Shown: positions 8,318-17,529 of the stretch, in pieces
Numbering within the stretch: the stretch's first letter is position 1
Layout: every line of letters starts with the position of its first letter
Source of the DNA: a virus
Reading direction: 5' to 3' (one strand)
IMG/VR virus record: IMGVR_UViG_3300042691_018174
DNA length: 64,000 bases
Translations under genes and position numbers: made by a program
Notes under the pieces: model-generated
What the model was told of the DNA's origin: nothing
The model's database searches: none
The model's input: only the letters and a program-made list of their open reading frames with translations

Positions 8318-9583
8318 ATGACCACTACTGCTGTTATGAAAGACGAAAATAACAAAGGCGTTGTTGAAAAGAGAGATTATTCTTCTAAAGAGCAAAACGA
8401 TGCAGTTGAAAAATTGATTACAGCTCGTGTTGGATTGCTACTACGACAACCATTTTTCGGCAATCTTGCAACACGGCTTCAATTGAATAATGCCAGTGAT
8501 TGGTGTCAAACTGCTGCCACTGATGGAAGATACTTTTACTACAATATTGATTTTGTAAAGAAACTCAGTGCTAAACAAGTAGAGTTTCTATTTGGTCACG
8601 AAGTTCTACATAATGTACTCGATCACTTGACTCGTCGAGAAGGTAGACATCCAAGAATATTTAATTATGCTACTGACTTTGCAGTCAACCAAATCTTAGT
8701 AGATGAAAGAATTGGTGAGAAAGTTGATCAGGTACAAATTTGTTTGGATTCTAAATATCGTGGAAAAAGTGCTGAAGAAATATACGACGAACTGATGAAG
8801 AACGTCAAAGAAGTTGACATTGAAGATTTTCTTGATCAACTTGGCGAACTTCTAGATGATCATATTGATTGGGAAGAAGGAAATGGCAAAGGTAAGGATA
8901 AAGATGGTAAAGACGGTCGTCCTTCATATTCCAAAGAAGAATTGAAGAAAATTCGTGATGAAATTAAAGAAGCTATGGTAGCGGCAGCGCAAGCCAGTGG
9001 TGCTGGAAGAATACCGGCTGCTCTTCAACGTTATATTAAAGATCTAACTGAACCAAAAATGGATTGGCGTCAAATGCTACGCATGAATATACAAAGTATC
9101 ATTCGAAGCAACTACAGTTTCATGCGACCTAGTCGTAAAGGTTGGCATACTGGTGCAGTATTGCCTGGTATGATTAATGACGAAACTATTGATATTTGTA
9201 TTGGTTTAGACATGAGCGGATCTATTGGTGATTCGCAGGCAAAGGACTTTTTAACAGAAGTTAAAGGCATTATGGATGAATACGTCGATTATAAGATACA
9301 ACTTTGGTGTTTCGATACTGATGTATATAATCTAGCATCATTTACTGCTGATAACGGAAGTGACCTTTTATCATATCAGATCGCAGGTGGTGGCGGTACT
9401 GACTTTGATGCAAATTGGAAATTCATGAAAGATAACGATATTCAACCCAAAAAATTCATCATGTTTACTGACGGATATCCTTGCGGATCTTGGGGTGATG
9501 AGGATTACTGCGATACATTGTTTATTATTCACGGACCAGAAGATATAAAATCTCCATTCGGTCAATACGTACATTATAAATAA
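8318..9583 (+). CDS. HExxH metallopeptidase-like + VWA domain protein (DUF2201-like)
   Basis: TAATDG, HEVLH, MIDAS DMSGS, GGGGTDF, FTDG. Confidence 0.88.
   Translation: MTTTAVMKDENNKGVVEKRDYSSKEQNDAVEKLITARVGLLLRQPFFGNLATRLQLNNASDWCQTAATDGRYFYYNIDFVKKLSAKQVEFLFGHEVLHNVLDHLTRREGRHPRIFNYATDFAVNQILVDERIGEKVDQVQICLDSKYRGKSAEEIYDELMKNVKEVDIEDFLDQLGELLDDHIDWEEGNGKGKDKDGKDGRPSYSKEELKKIRDEIKEAMVAAAQASGAGRIPAALQRYIKDLTEPKMDWRQMLRMNIQSIIRSNYSFMRPSRKGWHTGAVLPGMINDETIDICIGLDMSGSIGDSQAKDFLTEVKGIMDEYVDYKIQLWCFDTDVYNLASFTADNGSDLLSYQIAGGGGTDFDANWKFMKDNDIQPKKFIMFTDGYPCGSWGDEDYCDTLFIIHGPEDIKSPFGQYVHYK
9575..9582 (+). promoter_or_regulatory. T4-like late promoter TATAAATA
   Basis: Exact T4 late consensus at the gene end, 16 nt before the next ATG. 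Confidence 0.6.
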
Positions 9584-9598
9584 TATGCGTAGATTACT

Positions 9599-9886
9599 AT
9601 GAGAATTAAAAAAGGCACATTAAACCCTCTCAATGTTTTAGGTATTAGATATCTAGAAAGGGCTCCGAAATATTTCTTTAAAATTTCGGTAAATTTAAAT
9701 TGTGATGATCGAACTGTAAAAAGATGGATCTATAATAATTTAAATGGGAGATTTAATGTGTCAAAAGATCTCATAGTAGTAGATAATAATCACATGATAG
9801 AAACGTCAAAAATTGGTTTTGAAGACCAACGTGAGGCAACCCTTTTCATGTTAAAATGCCCATACTTAGAAGATAGGAGAAAATAA
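9599..9886 (+). CDS. hypothetical protein
   Basis: 95-aa ORF. Confidence 0.7.
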   Translation: MRIKKGTLNPLNVLGIRYLERAPKYFFKISVNLNCDDRTVKRWIYNNLNGRFNVSKDLIVVDNNHMIETSKIGFEDQREATLFMLKCPYLEDRRK

Positions 9887-10149
9887 TGACTGAACAAGTA
9901 GAAACCCAAGTAGCACAAGATGCTCAAGTACAAGCAACTGCAAATGGTGCAGAAAATTCAGCACCTGCCGCACCTGATCTAACAATCAGCGATTTACAGG
10001 CACTTCGAACAATCATCGATGTTTGCACACAACGAGGTAGTTTTAGAGCAAATGAAATGGCTAGTGTTGGTCAAGTGTACAATCGATTAAACGCATTCTT
10101 AGACCACGTTGCTCCACAAAAAGAAACAACAGAAAAAACTAAGGAATAA
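9886..10149 (+). CDS. hypothetical protein
   Basis: 87-aa ORF, AGGAG RBS, TAATG coupling. Confidence 0.75.
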   Translation: MTEQVETQVAQDAQVQATANGAENSAPAAPDLTISDLQALRTIIDVCTQRGSFRANEMASVGQVYNRLNAFLDHVAPQKETTEKTKE

Positions 10150-10152
10150 TTT

Positions 10153-10770
10153 ATGAAACACGTCGGAAAAATGAAAAATAATGGTGCCCCAGTTGCTATT
10201 ATTTTTCGCACACTTCCGGGTGATCCACACAGTTGTCTAGTGGTGGGTACCCAAGGGCTGGGGCCCACCAATCATGATGCATTAATGCAAGTGATTGAAT
10301 CAAATGAAGCACAACAAAGTTTTGAGCTAGGGTCTACTCTTGCTGTTAGAAGATTCCCAGACAATGCAGATATGTTGGGCTGGTTGCATACTAATGGAAA
10401 ACTTAAAAAAATTCCTACCACAGAAGTTTTGGTAACTGCAACTCCTGCTGACTCAATTCCATTAAACGAACTCAATCTACTTATTGCTGAACAAAAAGGC
10501 ATTAAGTTAGAAGAACTCGCTGTTGGATCAGTAATTAGTAAAACACCAGCTGACAAATCAACTTCTGAAATTCAAGAAATTGCATCAGTAACTGAGATGC
10601 CGCAAGTCAAAAATGAGCCGCAGATATTAGGTGATTCAGATCTTGCTCGAAGTCTAAGAAGTCAAGCAGATTCAATGTTTAAAGAAGCGCAGAAACTTCG
10701 AAAACAAGCAGACGAATTAGACCCCCCAGCAAATAAAAAGGTCAAAAAAGTCGACGAAACTACTGCTTAA
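10153..10770 (+). CDS. hypothetical phage protein
   Basis: 205-aa ORF, AAGGA RBS, C-terminal coiled coil. Confidence 0.75.
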   Translation: MKHVGKMKNNGAPVAIIFRTLPGDPHSCLVVGTQGLGPTNHDALMQVIESNEAQQSFELGSTLAVRRFPDNADMLGWLHTNGKLKKIPTTEVLVTATPADSIPLNELNLLIAEQKGIKLEELAVGSVISKTPADKSTSEIQEIASVTEMPQVKNEPQILGDSDLARSLRSQADSMFKEAQKLRKQADELDPPANKKVKKVDETTA

Positions 10771-10781
10771 GGGTCAAACAA

Positions 10782-11126
10782 ATGATCCCTAGAAGAGTCA
10801 GAATTACATCTGCTTTAGACTCTAACTGGCAGGAAGTATTGGAAGATGTATATTTAAAAGCAATCCCTGTTAAATATATATCTAGTGTAGATATTAAACT
10901 AAAAGATAATAGGACATACTCTATTGATGTTTCTTCAAAGCTAAAAACTGATTGGAATAATAATTCAGAAGAAGCTTCTAAAAATTTAGAGCAAATTATT
11001 GAAGAAATACATGAAGCACATGGAATAAAATTAGTAGAGTATCTTTTAGATTTTGATATGATAAAAAGTGAAATATCTTTTACTTCTTCGAGGTTAGGAA
11101 ATGAAAATAAAAGCGATAACAATTAG
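10782..11126 (+). CDS. hypothetical protein
   Basis: 114-aa ORF in operon. Confidence 0.65.
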   Translation: MIPRRVRITSALDSNWQEVLEDVYLKAIPVKYISSVDIKLKDNRTYSIDVSSKLKTDWNNNSEEASKNLEQIIEEIHEAHGIKLVEYLLDFDMIKSEISFTSSRLGNENKSDNN

Positions 11127-11604
11127 TACAACAAACGGCGGTATTGGCTGGAACGATAAACTACCTTGGTTTTCAATCAGTATCGTTGATAAAAATTTTA
11201 ATGAATCGGCTAAAGACAATGTAGTTTTGATAGGCAGAAGTGCTTTTGAAAATCATACAAATCTTAGAGGTCTTGTAAACTATGTTTATACAACTAAAGA
11301 TGATATTCAAGAAACTGATACCATTAAAAGAGCTTCAGGCAGTGCTCAAGATATTATTGAACGGATCAAATCAGAAAATCCAGACAAGGATATTATAATT
11401 GCCGGTGGTGAAACTGTTTATAGAACATTTTATGATTTGATAGATGAATGGAAAGTTACTATCATAGACGAATTTGTACCTTATAATAAGGATATCAATT
11501 TAACAAATATACAGTATATTTGGAACAATAAAGTATTGCTTAACAGTGGCATAGATAACAATTTACAATTTAGAACATACCTTTATAGCAAAAAGAATGC
11601 ATAA
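11101..11604 (+). CDS. frd: dihydrofolate reductase (divergent)
   Basis: GIG...LPW, VLIGR, IAGGETVY; adjacent to thymidylate synthase. Confidence 0.8.
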   Translation: MKIKAITISTTNGGIGWNDKLPWFSISIVDKNFNESAKDNVVLIGRSAFENHTNLRGLVNYVYTTKDDIQETDTIKRASGSAQDIIERIKSENPDKDIIIAGGETVYRTFYDLIDEWKVTIIDEFVPYNKDINLTNIQYIWNNKVLLNSGIDNNLQFRTYLYSKKNA

Positions 11605-12469
11605 TTATCATCAACTGATTCACAAAATAATCAACGAAGGGTCAATAAAAGAGGATAGGACTGGTGTTGGTACTATTAGCTTATTTGGAGAACAACTTCG
11701 TTTTGATTTAAGTAAAGGATTTCCTGCTATAACTACAAAAAAATTAGCTTGGAAATCTGTAGTTAGTGAACTTTTATGGTTCATTGAAGGCAGTGGCGAT
11801 GAACGTAGACTAAAGGAATTACTTTATAATGATTCCACTATAGATAAAAAAACTATTTGGTCTGATAATGCACAGTCAAATTATTGGGTTGATCGTAAAC
11901 GTAAAAAACATTATCATGATCTAGGAAGAATATACGGGGTGCAATGGCGACAATGGCGTGCTCCTGTATTAGGTGTAAACAAAATGGGGATACGTCATAT
12001 TGATCAACTTCAAGAGTTAATCAAAGGTATTAAAGAAGATCCCAATGGAAGGCGACATATAATCACTGCTTGGAATCCAGGCGAGCTTGATATAATGGCG
12101 TTACCTCCATGTCATTGTTTTGCACAATTCTACGTTAATAATGGCAAACTTAGTTGTCAAATGTATCAACGTAGTGCAGATGTTTTTCTTGGAGTGCCTT
12201 TTAACATAGCGTCATACGCACTATTCACTCATATGATAGCACAAAGTTGTTCATTAGATGCGGGCGAACTAATAATTACTTTTGGTGACGTGCATCTTTA
12301 TAGCAACCATGTTGATCAAGCTAAAGAACAATTAGGCAGGAATGAATACACACTCCCTAAATTAAAACTAAATGAGAATATTAAGGATATAACTAAATTT
12401 ACTATGAATGATATTGATTTAGAAAATTATCAATGCCATCCTGCTATTAAAGCAGACATGGCCGTTTAA
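11597..12469 (+). CDS. td: thymidylate synthase
   Basis: DRTGVGT, ELLWF, YGVQWR, ALPPCH, YQRSADVFLGVPFN, GDVHLY; no intron. Confidence 0.97.
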   Translation: MHNYHQLIHKIINEGSIKEDRTGVGTISLFGEQLRFDLSKGFPAITTKKLAWKSVVSELLWFIEGSGDERRLKELLYNDSTIDKKTIWSDNAQSNYWVDRKRKKHYHDLGRIYGVQWRQWRAPVLGVNKMGIRHIDQLQELIKGIKEDPNGRRHIITAWNPGELDIMALPPCHCFAQFYVNNGKLSCQMYQRSADVFLGVPFNIASYALFTHMIAQSCSLDAGELIITFGDVHLYSNHVDQAKEQLGRNEYTLPKLKLNENIKDITKFTMNDIDLENYQCHPAIKADMAV

Positions 12470-14520
12470 AGTATTACACACTCAACTAGTTTTTCATTCA
12501 CATCGTTGTTAGTTTCTAGTGCGATGCCAAAACATTCTACTTGATTAGGCAAAATTAAACCTCGAGCTACTCCTGCATCAGTAGACACCATTCTTTGACC
12601 TTTGGTCACTGCTCCAATAACTCTCACTGGAACACGACCTTTAAGAGCAACATATACACCATTTTCTAAATTGCTGTTCATCATAAATGCAGGATTTTCA
12701 CTTATTACACCAATTGCTCTGTCACCTTCAGTGGCTGCGGTAATTTCTTTTTCTCCACCAATTGCTACAACAGTGCCTACTGGATAGTCATTGTCAGGAA
12801 TATACTTTTCTGCTAAGTCAGCATAATTTGCACTAGTAGCTCTGCCATGTATAATGTTTGCGTAAATATCTCCACCATTTGATCTTAGTACCAATGTTCC
12901 TGGCGTTGAGGGTTCTGCTTGCACATATCCGTTTAATTTAGCAGCATTAGAAGATGTTCCTGAAATATTACCTACATTAATAGATCCATCTGCTTGTCTA
13001 ACGACCAACGTGTATGGTGCATTGGACGTGGAAGCTAATCTTGCGACGTTTGTTTCATCCATAACCGCTTGTGCAGTGGAAGCTAAACCAGTAAATTGTA
13101 CAGCAGAAAGATTTCCGGATCCATCTCTAACTGCTACAGTATTTGCATAATCTGAGGATGATGATGTTGGTACTCCAACAAATCCTGGAGCAACTAACGT
13201 TCCAATTTTTATAGCTGCCGCTGAACTAGAAACACCAGTGAATGTTCCAGTGAATATAGTGGATGTTCCAGAAACATCTACTGCGATCTGATTTCCGGCA
13301 TTAATATTAACAACGTTTCCAAAATGATCTCCTGTAGTTCTTCCAAAATAATTCGCAATCTGTCCGGAAGTATTTAGGACTACGTTTTGATCTGCATTTA
13401 TTATATTACCTTTTACATTTCCAGTTAAATTACCAACAAAGCCTTGGGTAGCACTAACAGTTGTTCCTTCGACTCTTCCTCTAAAAGCAGAATTATTTGG
13501 AGCAAAATTTGGGTCATCAATCGCATAAAAATTATTAGCATATACATTTTTATACTTTAATGCAGACGATCCTAAATTAACAATACTATCATTGACAGGG
13601 TTTACAATGTTTACTCCCACTGATAATATATTTTTTTGAACACTTTGATCAGTTACACCGAAAACAATATTTGGTCCAGAAAGATTTGTTAGATAAGAGC
13701 TACCTGCATTATACCCTAAATAGAAATTGTCGCTGGCTCCTACAAATAAACCTCTTCGATTTGTAAAAACTCCATTTACTATACTAGGTTCAACTCTAAG
13801 TTTGAAATCAGTAGTGATTATTTGAGAAGAACCTGTATTTTGTACAAAGTTTGCTGCAGGGATTTCTTGAGTTCCTACCAATAAAGATTCTGAAGTTTTA
13901 GAAACACCACCAAATTGAATATTTGGATAATTTGTTCTAGAAGGTAATGTTATACCTTTATATATTTTATTAAACCCAGTTATTGGAGTTTGTTGGCTGT
14001 CAATATTAAATTCATTTTCACTAAAAACTGCTATGGTATTATTACCAAATTGTGCTTCTAATATAGTGTAAAGATTTCCGCCTTCTTCATCTATAACTCT
14101 TTTAGAAACTAGTTGAGCAGCATTAGGGTTAAGTAGCAAAGGTCCTATTAATTTATGTACGGTTCCGTCGAATACAAACAATTGATTAGTGTTTGTATTG
14201 AACCACATATCACCGGTTAATTGATTAGAAGGGGCTGCTGTACCGTATTCTATAGACCCCAATGTTTTAAATCCAATACCGTTATACACTTTAATTTTTT
14301 TAACAGCAGTATCAAACCAAAGTTGACCAGTAATCTTGTTTGCTGGTTCAATTGAATTAGCAAAATTTTCTAATAAATTAGTTAAATTCTGATTAATAGA
14401 AAATCCATATCCAGCGTAATTTTTTCCTGGAAGTTGTAATGATGTTGAAGAAGTGTCCAAAGTACCATCTTGGATCACTACTAAAGTTTGACCATTATAT
14501 TTTTTCAGTGTATAAGGCAT
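12466..14520 (-). CDS. tail fibre-like protein with putative C-terminal chaperone/autocleavage-type domain
   Basis: Shared N-terminal module (L.GKNY.GYG...LLENF...GQLWFD); G-x-x-x-G beta repeats; C-terminal YADLAEKY...GVISENP...GRVPVRVIG. Confidence 0.7.
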   Translation of the reverse strand: MPYTLKKYNGQTLVVIQDGTLDTSSTSLQLPGKNYAGYGFSINQNLTNLLENFANSIEPANKITGQLWFDTAVKKIKVYNGIGFKTLGSIEYGTAAPSNQLTGDMWFNTNTNQLFVFDGTVHKLIGPLLLNPNAAQLVSKRVIDEEGGNLYTILEAQFGNNTIAVFSENEFNIDSQQTPITGFNKIYKGITLPSRTNYPNIQFGGVSKTSESLLVGTQEIPAANFVQNTGSSQIITTDFKLRVEPSIVNGVFTNRRGLFVGASDNFYLGYNAGSSYLTNLSGPNIVFGVTDQSVQKNILSVGVNIVNPVNDSIVNLGSSALKYKNVYANNFYAIDDPNFAPNNSAFRGRVEGTTVSATQGFVGNLTGNVKGNIINADQNVVLNTSGQIANYFGRTTGDHFGNVVNINAGNQIAVDVSGTSTIFTGTFTGVSSSAAAIKIGTLVAPGFVGVPTSSSSDYANTVAVRDGSGNLSAVQFTGLASTAQAVMDETNVARLASTSNAPYTLVVRQADGSINVGNISGTSSNAAKLNGYVQAEPSTPGTLVLRSNGGDIYANIIHGRATSANYADLAEKYIPDNDYPVGTVVAIGGEKEITAATEGDRAIGVISENPAFMMNSNLENGVYVALKGRVPVRVIGAVTKGQRMVSTDAGVARGLILPNQVECFGIALETNNDVNEKLVECVIL

Positions 14521-14551
14521 TTTTCAAATCTCTTTATTTTAATATTTACCA

Positions 14552-15013
14552 TTAAATAACCTTCTTAGAATTCATAGCAAGTTCTTCATTTTCTGATAAC
14601 CATGTATATGTTTCAGGATTATTTGCATAAAATTCTACTTTTTCTTTATGTTCTTGTCGTATTGAATCTAAAAATTCTTTCATTTTAGCAAATTCTGTAG
14701 TTTTTTCTAACGAACTTTTATCCAACATATCTATCATAATATTCAATTGTTTATGAATTGGATACTCTGTTAGAGCTTTAACATTGGATGAATATTTTAC
14801 CATAGCCTCTGTTATCAATGGCTTTTCAATTTTAGAAACAACTTTTCCAGAATTAAAATCACCAATCCAGTATTCTGTATCAGGATCCATTTCTACAGTT
14901 TTAACATTAAACTTAGTCAAATCCAATACCGAAGCATCAGTGTCGTTAGTAATTTCACCAATTACAACTCCTGTAGATTTTAAAAACAATAATTTTCTAA
15001 TTTCTTTCGCCAT
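14552..15013 (-). CDS. hypothetical protein in tail operon (possible fibre assembly chaperone)
   Basis: 153-aa ORF; YPIHKQL motif; lies between fibre genes. Confidence 0.55.
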   Translation of the reverse strand: MAKEIRKLLFLKSTGVVIGEITNDTDASVLDLTKFNVKTVEMDPDTEYWIGDFNSGKVVSKIEKPLITEAMVKYSSNVKALTEYPIHKQLNIMIDMLDKSSLEKTTEFAKMKEFLDSIRQEHKEKVEFYANNPETYTWLSENEELAMNSKKVI

Positions 15014-15505
15014 TTATAATCCCCAACTTAATACAAGACTGTATTTTGGACGTTCGTCTTGCTCTATTTTTGTAACTTCATGTTCTAAATGTATTGGCAT
15101 TTCTAAATAACTTCCTGGTTTTTCATCAATCAAATGTCCAATTCCACTTTCATCATACCATTTAAAATGAGGTTTGTCACTTCTTAGGAATATCAATTTA
15201 AACTTATAGTAACTTCCCTGGCTATCTCTATGTCTTAATAAAAAATCGCCTGGATCATATCTATTAATTGTTATTCCATGTGCAGTTTTATCCTCATTAT
15301 TCAATCCATTCAATATTTCTTCTTTAAGATCTTCTGTCATGTTCCATAAAAAATGTGATTTCAATTTACTATCACCATATTGTGTATGGAAATTATACTT
15401 TTCATTTTCGCTTCTAACAAAAAATCTATCATTTTCTTTTTCTACTAATCTAAGTATATTATCAACATTACTGATATAATTTTCATACAATTTAACCTGA
15501 TACAT
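15014..15505 (-). CDS. 2OG-Fe(II) dioxygenase
   Basis: INRYDPGD..RHRD (HxD), HEVT, KYS (RxS-like). Confidence 0.75.
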   Translation of the reverse strand: MYQVKLYENYISNVDNILRLVEKENDRFFVRSENEKYNFHTQYGDSKLKSHFLWNMTEDLKEEILNGLNNEDKTAHGITINRYDPGDFLLRHRDSQGSYYKFKLIFLRSDKPHFKWYDESGIGHLIDEKPGSYLEMPIHLEHEVTKIEQDERPKYSLVLSWGL

Positions 15506-17516
15506 ATTCCCAACTTGTTTTTGAACTGTTAACTCTATAAATTAAATTATTGTTTCTAGTTGGGTTTGCCACGGTTGTAGTAACAGACACTGATCTTACA
15601 TATGTGATGCTGATAAAGTTTCTAGTATCAGTAGTAACTGTTGAACCAACATTCTGTATAGTTGATGATATTCTACATTGAAAATTAACAGGGAAGTTAG
15701 CTGGCGGTACTAATGCGTTTAGTACTTCTACTACAGACCCTGGTCCAGAACCAGTAGTAGATAGTCCTTTAGTATCTAAACTAAAAACTAACGGTCTACT
15801 ATCAACTAAAGCATCAACATATCCTTTACTAACAGCATGATAATTTTGAGTAGGGGTTGATGATAACACAAGATTTCCTGAAACTGCAAGATCGCCAGTT
15901 ATTGTGCCACCTGTTAAAGGCATTTTAGTGTTATCTTCTACTGTAATGTTTGAACTTCCGTCAAAACTTACTCCATTAATAGTCCTGGAAACTGCGAAAG
16001 ACGATGCTGTACTAGCGTTACCTATTAAACTTCCTGTGAAAGTTTTTGTTATATGGTTATACGCGACAGAATTGTCTGATGCTAACACATTACCCTTGTG
16101 TGATCCAGTGGTTTCACTGGATAACCCGCCGGTTACCGTCAAAGTTCCATTAATAATAACATCTTCTGTCACTGTCAAATCTGCATCTATAGTGACATTG
16201 GTACCATTAAAAGTAATTTTACTGTCGTCAATCAATTTTCCATTGTTTCCAACAAACACCAATCGTTGAGCAGTAAGGTTAGTACCGACTAGATTTGATG
16301 AAGAAACATCACCAATAAATTTTCCGTAAAATTCAGTAGTAGGTTTTGTTAAATCTACTGCTGTAGAAAGCCCATCTCGAGTCTGTAATTTATCGACTCT
16401 AGTATGATCTCCATTTAAATTTCCAGTAACATTACCATTCAAATTTCCTGTTACATTTGAAGTTACAGTAATCGCATGTATATCTTTAAATTTCTTTATT
16501 GTAGTACCTAAACTAACATTACTAGCTACAGGAGAAATTATTACTTCAGAATTTGATCCATCAAATAATAATATATCTCTATTGGTAGTGCTTTCTATTT
16601 GATTTAAAATTAGTTTTTTACCTGAAAAAGATATAATAGCATCTTCTAATGTTGAAAATGATCCGCTTCCGTTGTAATTTCCAAAATTTATCATTGAAGA
16701 TGTACTAATACTTCCTGCACCAACATTACCTAATATCTTAACTGAGCCTATGACAGTTTGTAAAGAATTTTTATCAGTTCTTAAAAAACTAGTTGTAGGT
16801 AAAGCACCGTCTACAGGATCCACATATTTTAATGCTTGCTCTGCTCTGCCATTTATTATAGAATCATTAGATAGCGTTAATCCTTTAGTGATTAATCCAG
16901 GAGTTTGACTATTAACATGTAGTCCTGGTATAGTTGTTGAGGGAATAAAATTAACTTTAGATATAATTCCTATTAAGCTATTATCTACATAAAGATTTAA
17001 AATAGGTATATTTACTGGTGGAGCGCCGTTAATGGAGCCTTGTACAACAGAACCTTCAAGCCTAGACCGAGCAAATCCTGGAATTCCTGTAGAAACTATG
17101 TCAAATATCTGACCATTAAAAATATATAACGACTTCGTATCTGTATTATACCACATATCGCCTAATTTAGCAGTTACTATACTAGGCTCTGTATTTCCGG
17201 AGTTTAAATTTCCTATCTCTTTCCATTCAGTAGCAAATGTTTCCGGAGTCACACCTATCGCAGAAGTTAAAACACTTGTATATACTTTTAACTTATTCTT
17301 ATTTGAGTCATACCAAATTTGACCTACAACAGGGCTGTCAGGTGCTATAGAATTTGAAAAATTTTCTAACAGTCTTACAAAGTTTGTATTTTGATATGTA
17401 CCATATCCTGATAAATTTTTACCGACTAAATCCAATGAAGTGGAAGCAGAATCTACAGCTCCATCAGGAATATCTGCTACAATATCACCATTGCTTAATC
17501 TAATTAAATAAGGCAT
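15492..17516 (-). CDS. tail fibre/baseplate-associated fibre protein (paralog)
   Basis: Shared N-terminal module; GNLNGNVTG repeats; INGVSFDGS.NI; K.YVD motif. Confidence 0.72.
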   Translation of the reverse strand: MPYLIRLSNGDIVADIPDGAVDSASTSLDLVGKNLSGYGTYQNTNFVRLLENFSNSIAPDSPVVGQIWYDSNKNKLKVYTSVLTSAIGVTPETFATEWKEIGNLNSGNTEPSIVTAKLGDMWYNTDTKSLYIFNGQIFDIVSTGIPGFARSRLEGSVVQGSINGAPPVNIPILNLYVDNSLIGIISKVNFIPSTTIPGLHVNSQTPGLITKGLTLSNDSIINGRAEQALKYVDPVDGALPTTSFLRTDKNSLQTVIGSVKILGNVGAGSISTSSMINFGNYNGSGSFSTLEDAIISFSGKKLILNQIESTTNRDILLFDGSNSEVIISPVASNVSLGTTIKKFKDIHAITVTSNVTGNLNGNVTGNLNGDHTRVDKLQTRDGLSTAVDLTKPTTEFYGKFIGDVSSSNLVGTNLTAQRLVFVGNNGKLIDDSKITFNGTNVTIDADLTVTEDVIINGTLTVTGGLSSETTGSHKGNVLASDNSVAYNHITKTFTGSLIGNASTASSFAVSRTINGVSFDGSSNITVEDNTKMPLTGGTITGDLAVSGNLVLSSTPTQNYHAVSKGYVDALVDSRPLVFSLDTKGLSTTGSGPGSVVEVLNALVPPANFPVNFQCRISSTIQNVGSTVTTDTRNFISITYVRSVSVTTTVANPTRNNNLIYRVNSSKTSWEYVSG

Positions 17517-17529
17517 TCATTTCACTCCA

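Noticed and set aside
11597-12469. Intron in thymidylate synthase as in T4 td
   Set aside because: ORF is continuous at 290 aa with all motifs
12466-12469. Convergent genes sharing TTAA stop codons with no terminator
   Set aside because: Real but a common genome-compaction feature; no further signal
16400-16470. Short tandem repeat in a fibre gene as a DGR or contingency locus
   Set aside because: It encodes GNLNGNVTG beta-repeats with synonymous variation; no reverse transcriptase or TR/VR pair seen
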